From NCBI GenBank assembly GCA_964252075.1, contig CAXULY010000003.1, positions 32,001 through 96,000 of the forward strand: DNA of 64,000 nt, given 5' to 3'. The translations under genes were made by a program, and so were the position numbers. This stretch comes from an uncultured Deinococcaceae bacterium. GTDB lineage: Bacteria > Deinococcota > Deinococci > Deinococcales > Deinococcaceae. Numbering within the stretch: position 1 is the stretch's first letter; the number at the start of each line of letters is the position of its first letter. Shown in pieces: positions 37,231 through 44,505 of this stretch. The notes beneath the pieces are model-generated. The model was given only the letters and a program-made list of their open reading frames with translations. It was not told where the DNA came from and searched no databases.

Positions 37231-37751
37231 AGCCACCGCTCCATCAGCACCCTGCGCTCAGGCTCGGGGAGGGACGCGAACAGCTCGGCCGTCATGTCCT
37301 CAACGGTGGGTGAGGTCGGCTGCGCGGCCCGGACCTCCTGCGCGCGGGCCTCCCGACCGGCGCGCAGCGCGAGGCGGTACAGCAGCTCGCCGGGCTTCGC
37401 GTGGTACGTGAAGGTGAAGGTGCCGTCGTCGGCGCGCTGGTGCTCGCACGTGAGGCTGACGCCGGCGCTCTCCGCGCGGTCGCGCAGCGCGCGCATCTCA
37501 CCCGCGCACGTGAACACGCCGTCATGCACCCGGCCCTGCACCTGCACGCCCGCCTCGGTCATGAGCGCGCCGAGGCCGCGGCGCTGCAGGTACAGTTGCA
37601 GGCCTGCCGCGTGCCGCTCGCAGTCCGGGCCGACGATGCCCAGGCCGGGCACGATCACCGCGCCGGGCTTGAGGGCGCGGCGGCACAGCGCGCAGTGCGT
37701 GGCGGAGCTGTGGCGCTTGAGGGTGGGGGTGGGAGTGTGTACTGTGGTCAT
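37227..37751 (-). CDS. Hypothetical protein with zinc-binding-like N-terminus
   Basis: CALCRRAL...GPDC; AAAGGA RBS. Confidence 0.7.
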   Translation of the reverse strand: MTTVHTPTPTLKRHSSATHCALCRRALKPGAVIVPGLGIVGPDCERHAAGLQLYLQRRGLGALMTEAGVQVQGRVHDGVFTCAGEMRALRDRAESAGVSLTCEHQRADDGTFTFTYHAKPGELLYRLALRAGREARAQEVRAAQPTSPTVEDMTAELFASLPEPERRVLMERWL

Positions 37752-37830
37752 GGACTATCTGGTCCTTTCCCGCGCCTACCGGTGTGATCTGCCGTCCAAG
37801 CAATCACCGAGTGGCGCGGTGTTCTTTAGC

Positions 37831-38169
37831 TCAGCGGCGCCCCTGTGACGCCGCCGCCTTCACGCCCGGCGGGGCGGTGTTGGTGGGTTGAAGTGGTACT
37901 TGTGGTGCGCTCTGCAGGTATTCCGCAAGGTCCGCGTGCGTGATGATCCACGCTCCCTTGCCCGCGCGAATGCCGCGCAGCGTGCCAGAGCGCAACAGGC
38001 CGTACAGGTGCTTTTCGCTGAGGCTGGACTGCTGCGCGGCCTCTCGCAGGGTGTACGCGAGCTTCGTCGGACGCTGGGCGAGGGCTTCAAGGTGCTTCGC
38101 GAGCAGGTCAGGCAGAACCTCGTTCAGCACCTGCGTCACCACCTCCCGGACCGCGACTTCGATGCTCAT
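37831..38169 (-). CDS. Excisionase-like HTH_17 protein
   Basis: AYTLREAAQQSSLSEKHLYGLLRSGTL...WII. Confidence 0.8.
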   Translation of the reverse strand: MSIEVAVREVVTQVLNEVLPDLLAKHLEALAQRPTKLAYTLREAAQQSSLSEKHLYGLLRSGTLRGIRAGKGAWIITHADLAEYLQSAPQVPLQPTNTAPPGVKAAASQGRR

Positions 38170-38324
38170 CGGAGCCTGCGTGGCTGCGCGCGGTAGCCGA
38201 AGCGGGCGTGTAGCAGGGCCACCTCGCGCTCCTGCTGCTCGCGATCGCGTCTCGCCTTCGAAACCATGTAGCCGTCGCTGTGCACGAAGCCCCAGCGGAT
38301 GAGCAGGCGGCGCAGCTTGCTCAC
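38166..38324 (-). CDS. Small basic protein (VSKLRRLLIRWGF), not in the ORF track
   Basis: Translated by hand; its stop overlaps the ATG of the next gene. Confidence 0.5.
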   Translation of the reverse strand: MSKLRRLLIRWGFVHSDGYMVSKARRDREQQEREVALLHARFGYRAQPRRLR

Positions 38325-38366
38325 CAAGCACCGCCCTTTAGCCTGTTGGGCGAAAGGAGGTGAGAC

Positions 38367-38603
38367 ATGGCAGAGAAACGAGAAGGCGCCTCATCCGTGG
38401 TCGATGCGGAAGCGAAAGCGACCGAGATCGCTGCGGCGTGGGTGCAGAGCGTCTTCACGCTGAACGAGCGGCACGGCGGGTACGACAAGCCGGGCAAGTT
38501 CTGGGACGGCGTGAAAGAAGACGATGGGGAGGCCATCAAGGCCCGCTTGCGGGAAATGGCGGACCTCATCGGCGACCTGAAGCGGCGGATTCTGGAGCCG
38601 TAA
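38367..38603 (+). CDS. Small protein encoded antisense to the early operon
   Basis: AAAGGAGGTGA RBS; TTGCTC-N16-TAGCCT promoter-like sequence upstream. Confidence 0.75.
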   Translation: MAEKREGASSVVDAEAKATEIAAAWVQSVFTLNERHGGYDKPGKFWDGVKEDDGEAIKARLREMADLIGDLKRRILEP

Positions 38604-38790
38604 AGTAGGCGGCCTGCGCGGCACGGACCTGTTCAGGGGAACCCGTGAAGCGCGTCACAACACGCTCGAAACCACGATCCTCGTGAATTTCGACCATGAC
38701 CCAGGGCTCCGCGCTGACCGCTGCAACGGTCACGCGGAGTTCCTGTTTGATCGAAGGAAGGCTTCGCAGCCAGCGTAAGAATCGGTTCAT
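38566..38790 (-). CDS. Small hypothetical protein
   Basis: GAGGAG RBS; ATGA coupling. Confidence 0.6.
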   Translation of the reverse strand: MNRFLRWLRSLPSIKQELRVTVAAVSAEPWVMVEIHEDRGFERVVTRFTGSPEQVRAAQAAYFTAPESAASGRR

Positions 38791-39143
38791 GCGGACTCCT
38801 CTTCCAGCGCAGCTGGACGCAGGACCCACGGGCGAACCGGGGCGGGGGCGGTGCCCTGCTGCCCATCGAGCCAGCGGCGCACCGCCCACTTGGCGACCAC
38901 CAGGCGTCCGGCAATTTTGCGAACAGGAAAGGGCGGCGGGTCCTGGTGGCACAGCGCATAGGCGGCGTTGCGTCCCACACGCAGGTAGGCCGCGAGTTCG
39001 GGCATGGTGAGCACCGTGTCGTCTTCGCACTCGGGCTCACTGTTGGGGTAGGGGACCTTCCCCAGGTGCTGGGCGAGTAAACCGGGCAGGGTGTTGGCCA
39101 ATGCCTGCGTAACTGCTTCCTGGAGAGCGGCTTCGAGGTTCAT
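38787..39143 (-). CDS. Second excisionase-like HTH_17 protein
   Basis: VLTMPELAAYLRVGRNAAY...FPVRKIAGR. Confidence 0.8.
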   Translation of the reverse strand: MNLEAALQEAVTQALANTLPGLLAQHLGKVPYPNSEPECEDDTVLTMPELAAYLRVGRNAAYALCHQDPPPFPVRKIAGRLVVAKWAVRRWLDGQQGTAPAPVRPWVLRPAALEEESA

Positions 39144-39388
39144 CTCACTTCTCCAGCGGATAGTCCATCTACTAAGTCGGCGACCGAAAAATTGAGGGCG
39201 GCTGCGAATAAACGCAGGCTTTCTACAGTTAAGTTGGCTCGTTCCCCGCTTTCTATCTGGCTGATGTCACTGATGCGGCGGCGGTCCCAGCCCAACCGCT
39301 CACACAACTCCGCCTGCGTCAGCTGGAGTGTGCTGCGTCGGGCTTTTATCGCCTCACCAACATGGCGGCGTTCCGTCTCCGTAGCCAT
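39140..39388 (-). CDS. Cro-like XRE HTH protein, leaderless
   Basis: LTQAELCERLG...ISQIESG; divergent from the repressor. Confidence 0.88.
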   Translation of the reverse strand: MATETERRHVGEAIKARRSTLQLTQAELCERLGWDRRRISDISQIESGERANLTVESLRLFAAALNFSVADLVDGLSAGEVR

Positions 39389-39394
39389 GGCCGG

Positions 39395-39423
39395 ATAATA
39401 GGACATAGCCTAAGTATGGTCAA
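39395..39423 (-). promoter_or_regulatory. Early lytic promoter
   Basis: TTGACC-N17-TATTAT, 6 nt before the cro ATG. Confidence 0.8.
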
Positions 39424-39473
39424 GCGCTAATACTTGTGCCATTAACTTTGCTTGAAAGCTAACTTAGGCTATG
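39404..39473. promoter_or_regulatory. Inverted 12-bp operator pair
   Basis: CATAGCCTAAGT (39404-39415) and ACTTAGGCTATG (39462-39473) are exact reverse complements. Confidence 0.75.
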
Positions 39474-39486
39474 GCATAAGTTATGC

Positions 39487-39996
39487 ATGACCCTAGCGGC
39501 CCCTGCCCTAAGACGAATCAGACCTGCGCGTATGGCGAGTAAGGCGCTCGACAAATTCGCAGCTGGGCAGCTGATCAAGCGGCGCCGCGAAGAATTGGGA
39601 CTCACACAAGATCAGGTAGTCGAGAACACCAGCATTCCAGTCGCTACCTACGTCAGCGAACTTGAGAACGGCAAGGTGAACGTCGCCCGCAGCAAGCACT
39701 TTCCCAGCCTCGCGCGGTATCTCCGGCTTTCACAGGCAGATATTCGTGCGATCAACCCGGCCGCGGTCTTCGCGCCAGAAGATTTCTCCCTCGAAGATCT
39801 TCTGTCCGAGTTGCCTGAAAGCCTGCAGGAAACTGTGCAGGAATACGGCAAGCGCGCGCCCGATCTGCTGGACCCAGCCTGGCAGCAATTTCTCGCCAGT
39901 ATGCGGTTTCGTGGAGAGAGACCGGAGACGGCTGAAGCCTGGTGGGATCTCTACCGCGATCTGATCCGACACAACATCGACCCCCGACAAAACTAG
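39487..39996 (+). CDS. Prophage repressor: XRE HTH plus DdrO-like C-terminal domain
   Basis: HTH followed by LPESL...PAWQQFLASMRFRGERPETAEAWWDLY; start 39487 or 39532. Confidence 0.88.
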   Translation: MTLAAPALRRIRPARMASKALDKFAAGQLIKRRREELGLTQDQVVENTSIPVATYVSELENGKVNVARSKHFPSLARYLRLSQADIRAINPAAVFAPEDFSLEDLLSELPESLQETVQEYGKRAPDLLDPAWQQFLASMRFRGERPETAEAWWDLYRDLIRHNIDPRQN

Positions 39997-40004
39997 GACG
40001 CCCC

Positions 40005-40652
40005 GTGTTCGAGCCCGTCTCTACCTTCGTTACTTACCTGCAGGAAACCCACGAGCGCTTCGGGTACGAGACCGACTTCAACCGCCTGGCGCACCAGCTC
40101 GGCATCATCGTCCTACCGGGCCGGTACAACAGCGCCACGGCCGGTCCGCCCGGCATCATCACCATCCAGCACGCCGAGTTCGGCGCGCGCCGGAGCTTCA
40201 CCAGCCAGCACGAGCTGTCCCACATCCTGATGCAGCGGTGCGGGGTCGAAGCCGAACTGGTCCGGCACTTCGGGGACTATGACGAGGCCGAACCGCATAT
40301 CGAGGCTCTCGCCAATTACGGGGCTGGCCTGCTGCTGATGCCCGAACCTCTGTACGTCCAGGCGGTGGGTCTGCACGGTCACACCCCAGAAGCAATCCTG
40401 CACCTGCAGCAACACAGCCTCGCCAGTCTGCAGGCCGCGCTGCGCCGCTACGTGTACGCCGAGCCCGACGAGCGGCGCGCCGCCTTTCGCACCAGCGGGA
40501 GTTACATCGCGGACGTGGCCGCTCTGAACTGCACGCTGCCCTTCTGGCGGTGGGACAGGGTGCCTGAACCCAGCATGGTGCTCGACGAGGTGGAGATGCT
40601 CTACAGCCCGAGCGGAAGGACGGGGCTGGGGGTGGTCACATGCGAGAGGTGA
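40005..40652 (+). CDS. ImmA/IrrE-family zinc metallopeptidase
   Basis: RRSFTSQHELSH (HExxH), IEALANYGAGLLLMP, then an HTH-like segment. Confidence 0.9.
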   Translation: MFEPVSTFVTYLQETHERFGYETDFNRLAHQLGIIVLPGRYNSATAGPPGIITIQHAEFGARRSFTSQHELSHILMQRCGVEAELVRHFGDYDEAEPHIEALANYGAGLLLMPEPLYVQAVGLHGHTPEAILHLQQHSLASLQAALRRYVYAEPDERRAAFRTSGSYIADVAALNCTLPFWRWDRVPEPSMVLDEVEMLYSPSGRTGLGVVTCER

Positions 40653-40744
40653 CATCTTCGACGATCTGGCCGTAAGGCGTTCCTTTGACTCCACACCCTC
40701 GGTACAGGCACACCGCTTGTTCACCTGATTTAGGAGAAGCAAAG

Positions 40745-41056
40745 ATGCGGAAACAGTTGCTTTTTGGCTTTGTGCTTTTGACCTCTGGCGTTGCAAATGC
40801 CGCGAACTGGCAGTACGCGGTACTCAATGAAACGAGTAATGGTGGTTTGATTTGGCTGCCAAACGACGGCTCTGTGGTTGAGGCGAGTAATTACGGTGGG
40901 CTTATAGCAAAACTCAATTGCGCATTTAACAACACCAGTCTTTCTAGCGTCCTTAATTGTGTTGGAGGTCAAGGCTGGGAATTGATCGGCACGAGTCAGA
41001 AATTGAATGCCACTGGCGCCTTGACGACCTATACCTTCAAACGCTCCGCACCATGA
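40745..41056 (+). CDS. Low-GC secreted small protein (DUF4177-like motif)
   Basis: AGGAG RBS; signal peptide; LNCVGGQGWELI...YTFKR. Confidence 0.75.
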   Translation: MRKQLLFGFVLLTSGVANAANWQYAVLNETSNGGLIWLPNDGSVVEASNYGGLIAKLNCAFNNTSLSSVLNCVGGQGWELIGTSQKLNATGALTTYTFKRSAP

Positions 41057-41075
41057 ACGTCAAGGCAGTGGTGCC

Positions 41076-42059
41076 ATGAGGAGACGCGATAAAGCGGCCA
41101 AAGGGCGCGTCCGAATCTTTCTTGATGAGTTCGAGCGGGATGGTCTTTTTGTTCTTGCCGCTTCAATCGTGCCTGAAGCTCAACTCGGCCGACTTGCTGA
41201 GCGGTGGACCTCACTGCGAAAACGCATCAAAGCTCGTCTCTTACAGGATTACCCTCGCTCGTGGACTCACGCTCATTTACAGGGGGAGAACTTACCTGAG
41301 GTCCATGCGGTTGATTTATTTCAAAGCAAGGGGTACTACCGCCAGGACAATCCACAGAATCCAGAATATTGGAAGCAGCACTATTTGTGGATTGAAGAAG
41401 CTTTGGATATCCCTCGCAGGCATGGCGTTAAGACGTTTTATTTCGTTGCTGACAGAGCAGGCGTGGATGCACTACACCAGTCTGAGGGTCATAACTTCGA
41501 CAGAATATTTAGCATTTTACAAAAATATTCAAGGGTGATGAAGAAGATTCGCAGCCTTCTAAAAAACCCCTATATAACTTCTTTCGCCATAACCCTGTCA
41601 TTAATTAACATCTACCTAGAGGGTAAAGGGCTTCACGGCGAAATTATATGTGACGACAAAGACGAAGCGAAGGGATTCTCCCTATTAGAGGGATATAGCG
41701 CTTTAAAACGCCATGGTCTTTTTAACAGCTTGTCTGCGCCCAAGTTTAGCGATGGGCTGAGCGAGCCGCTTCTACAAATGACAGATGTCTTGTGCTACGT
41801 CTACGGTCGATCCATCCACTCAGCTCATACTGGGCAGTCTGCGCCTGATGAAATTCGAAAATGGTTCACTGAGCGAGTTTACCCTCATGCTTTGGACCTG
41901 TTGTACAACAACGACCCGAGGGAAGCCAGTGTCGCAACGGTCATGTTGCTCGAACTACTTGCGGTCCATTCTGGTGCTCCCCTTGCCGAGCGGGAGCGCT
42001 TTCTCAAAGTCTTGGACCATATAGTCAAAATCTCGCTTGAACCCGGTCAGGACACATAA
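41076..42059 (+). CDS. Low-GC DUF3800-like protein
   Basis: N-terminal IFLDE, central ICDD, C-terminal LLQMTDVLCY. Confidence 0.75.
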   Translation: MRRRDKAAKGRVRIFLDEFERDGLFVLAASIVPEAQLGRLAERWTSLRKRIKARLLQDYPRSWTHAHLQGENLPEVHAVDLFQSKGYYRQDNPQNPEYWKQHYLWIEEALDIPRRHGVKTFYFVADRAGVDALHQSEGHNFDRIFSILQKYSRVMKKIRSLLKNPYITSFAITLSLINIYLEGKGLHGEIICDDKDEAKGFSLLEGYSALKRHGLFNSLSAPKFSDGLSEPLLQMTDVLCYVYGRSIHSAHTGQSAPDEIRKWFTERVYPHALDLLYNNDPREASVATVMLLELLAVHSGAPLAERERFLKVLDHIVKISLEPGQDT

Positions 42060-42158
42060 ATGTACAAGAGCCCATCCGAAGATGGGCCCCTGTCTGGTCG
42101 TAGTGTACCACCATGACCATTCACTGTCCAATGATCGAACATACCAATTGGAGACCGA

Positions 42159-43355
42159 ATGCGCGGCAAGGGCGAAGGCACCATCACGGGATTGGCAAGC
42201 GGTCGTTATCGCGCGCGCTTCACGTCCGGGTACACCCGATCGGGCAGCCAAAGGCGCCTCTCGCGCACCTTCGACACCAAGCGAGAGGCGCAGGCCTGGT
42301 TGCGCGAAGTGGGGCAGCAGCAGGACGCAGGCGTGTTCGCAGAACCCACGAAGGTGACGGTCCGGGACTGGACCGAGCAGTACCTCGCTGCACTGGAGAT
42401 CCGGCCGAACACCAAGCACGATTACGACAAGGCGCTTGCGCCCGTGCTCGAGCGTTTCGGTGACACTCGGCTGCGTGACTTGACGCCAGTCGTCATCCAG
42501 GCGGCTTTGAACCACTGGGCAAAGTCACGCTCGCCCTACCAGAACCGCAAGACACTCGCGCGGTTCAAGGCGTGCCTGCAGGAAGCGACCCGGCTGGAAC
42601 TGCTGTCGCGCAATCCAGCCGCGCCCATCCGAGCGCCGCGGTTGGAACGCGGCAACATCCTGGTGTGGACCGCTGAGGAGGCCGGGCAGGTCCTGATGCA
42701 CGCCAGCAAAACGGACCACCGCCTGTACACCTACGTGCACGTGAACCTCACGACCGGATTGCGCCGGGAGGAGATGCTGGGTCTTCGCTGGCAGGACCTC
42801 GCCTTTCGACAGGCGGGAGAGGTCGAGGTGGCCACGCTGAGCGTGCGGCAGACCTGCACGTACATCAAGGGCAAGGCGTCTTTTGGCCCACCTAAAACGC
42901 GCGCCGGGCGCCGCACGCTCGCCCTCGATGCCGGCACGGTGGCGGTGCTGCGCGCGTGGCGGGAGCGCCAGGTGCTGGAGCGCAAGCTGGCCAAGGGCCG
43001 CTGGCAGGAGCACGACCTGGTGTTTCCCTCGACGCGAGGCACGCCAGCGCCAGAATCACGGCTGGCATATGCCTTCAGCGACCTCGCGATCAAGGCCAAG
43101 GTGCCACGCATCCGTCTCTACGACCTGCGCCACACCTATGCGTCCATCGCCTACGAGAAAGGTGTGCCGGTCAAGTTGATCGGGGAGCGCATGGGGCACA
43201 CCAACATTGCGTTCACACTGCAGACCTACGTGCACACGAACGATGAGCAGCGGCGCTCGGCAGCACTGGGCGCCGATCATCTGTACGGCTTCAGTCTCAG
43301 CCCGTCAGGACCCGTTCAGGACACGGCAGGGGAAAAAGAGCAGGACGCGGTGTAG
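42159..43355 (+). CDS. int: Tyrosine integrase
   Basis: RGKGEGTI N-terminus; TGLRREE, YDLRHT, MGH and TLQTY catalytic motifs. Confidence 0.96.
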   Translation: MRGKGEGTITGLASGRYRARFTSGYTRSGSQRRLSRTFDTKREAQAWLREVGQQQDAGVFAEPTKVTVRDWTEQYLAALEIRPNTKHDYDKALAPVLERFGDTRLRDLTPVVIQAALNHWAKSRSPYQNRKTLARFKACLQEATRLELLSRNPAAPIRAPRLERGNILVWTAEEAGQVLMHASKTDHRLYTYVHVNLTTGLRREEMLGLRWQDLAFRQAGEVEVATLSVRQTCTYIKGKASFGPPKTRAGRRTLALDAGTVAVLRAWRERQVLERKLAKGRWQEHDLVFPSTRGTPAPESRLAYAFSDLAIKAKVPRIRLYDLRHTYASIAYEKGVPVKLIGERMGHTNIAFTLQTYVHTNDEQRRSAALGADHLYGFSLSPSGPVQDTAGEKEQDAV

Positions 43356-43369
43356 AGAACCGCGTCCTG
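43333..43369 (-). terminator. tRNA terminator overlapping the integrase stop
   Basis: 11-bp stem CAGGACGCGGT/ACCGCGTCCTG followed by CTCTTTTT on the minus strand. Confidence 0.8.
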
Positions 43370-43373
43370 GTGG

Positions 43374-43450
43374 TGGTGCACCCGAGTGGAATCGAACCAC
43401 TGGCCTAGGGCTTAGGAGTCCCCCGCTCTATCCGACTGAGCTACGGGTGC
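43374..43450 (-). tRNA. tRNA-Arg(CCT), prophage integration site
   Basis: Acceptor stem GCACCCG/CGGGTGC, D arm, anticodon loop CTCCTAA, T loop TTCGATT, encoded CCA; TATAAT at 43468-43473. Confidence 0.95.
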
Positions 43451-43496
43451 GGGTGGCCGCAGGGGGGATTATAGCGCCTGTTCCTCCGCGCATTAG

Positions 43497-43513
43497 TTAT
43501 GTTTTCAGCAGAA
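43497..43513 (+). promoter_or_regulatory. RDRM (DdrO operator) upstream of ddrC
   Basis: 17-bp pseudo-palindrome TTATGTTTTCAGCAGAA just upstream of the TGnTACAAT -10 (43521-43526). Confidence 0.88.
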
Positions 43514-43532
43514 TCTGTGCTACAATATTGCC

Positions 43533-44231
43533 ATGGAACCGCTCCGTCTTCACCGCCGCACCCGCCTCGGCAGCAGCGAGGTGAAACTCACCCCACAGGG
43601 CCGCCTGCACGCCCTCGAAGCGCTCGCCGTGCTGGGCGTGGCCATCGAGGCGTGGCCCCGACTCGCGCAGGAACACCAGCTCCGCGACACCACCTTCGAC
43701 TTCGGGGACGGCCCCATCCCGACCCTCGAAGCGCAGGACTTCACGCGCCTCGCCTTCGCGCTTGACACCCCGCAGGCCCGCCGCTGGCAGGCGCGCGCCC
43801 AGCGCCTCCTGACCGCCTACGTGACGGGCGACGTGCACGCCGCCGCCGAGATCGCCGAGCGCAGCCCCGAACCCGAGCGCCGCGCATGGCTGAGCGCCCG
43901 CCTGGAGAGCACCGAGTCCCGCAAGCGCTTCATGGCCGCCGTCGCCCGCCAGGGCGGGCAGGGCAATGTCTTCCAGCAGGTCAGCTCCATCAGCAACCGC
44001 AGCGTACTGCAGAGTGACTCCGCCAGCCTGCGCCGCGAGCGCGGCGCGCGCTCCACCCGCGACGGGATGACCGCGCAGGAACTGCTGCGCCTCAGCTACC
44101 TGGAGTCCGCGAGCGCGCAGGCCATCACGCAGGGCCGCGCGCAGGGCAACGAGGCGATCCTCGACATTCACCGCCGCATCGCGGAGCGCGAGCGCCAGAC
44201 CTGGGACGGCCCGGTCGGCAGCGCCTCCTGA
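43533..44231 (+). CDS. ddrC: DNA damage response protein C
   Basis: LAFALDTPQARRWQ...AEIAERSPEPERRAWLSARLESTESR...SISNRSVL...TRDGMTAQELLRLSY matches Deinococcus DdrC as remembered; RDRM upstream. Confidence 0.92.
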   Translation: MEPLRLHRRTRLGSSEVKLTPQGRLHALEALAVLGVAIEAWPRLAQEHQLRDTTFDFGDGPIPTLEAQDFTRLAFALDTPQARRWQARAQRLLTAYVTGDVHAAAEIAERSPEPERRAWLSARLESTESRKRFMAAVARQGGQGNVFQQVSSISNRSVLQSDSASLRRERGARSTRDGMTAQELLRLSYLESASAQAITQGRAQGNEAILDIHRRIAERERQTWDGPVGSAS

Positions 44232-44246
44232 ACGCCAGCACCGCCC

Positions 44247-44271
44247 AAGGCGCCTCCTAGGGGCGCCTTTT
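44247..44271 (+). terminator. ddrC terminator
   Basis: AAGGCGCC/GGCGCCTT stem followed by a T run. Confidence 0.8.
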
Positions 44272-44319
44272 CTGCTGAAGCGCGCACCCTCGGCGCGGCC
44301 CCGCTCTACACTTGGCCGC

Positions 44320-44505
44320 ATGAAGTGGCCTCTGATCGCGGGTGTGCTGATCGCGAGCCTGCTGTGGTTCGGCGCGGGGGTGTGGAGCCGCGCGCGCAGC
44401 GGCCTGCCGCTGGACGCCGCCGCCGTGCAGGAACTGCCCACCACGCTGCTGTTCGTGGTGGTGGCGTTCCTGATGGTGTACTGGCGCAGCCGCCGGGGGC
44501 GCTGA
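44320..44505 (+). CDS. Small two-TM membrane protein
   Basis: Two hydrophobic helices; TACACT 7 nt upstream. Confidence 0.75.
   Translation: MKWPLIAGVLIASLLWFGAGVWSRARSGLPLDAAAVQELPTTLLFVVVAFLMVYWRSRRGR

Larger units (their letters stand above)
1..43373. mobile_element. Temperate siphovirus-like prophage; left end lies outside the window, right boundary is tRNA-Arg
   Basis: Canonical order integrase-repressor/cro-early-replication-terminase-portal-protease-capsid-tail-TMP-lysis, abutting a tRNA 3' end. Confidence 0.96.
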
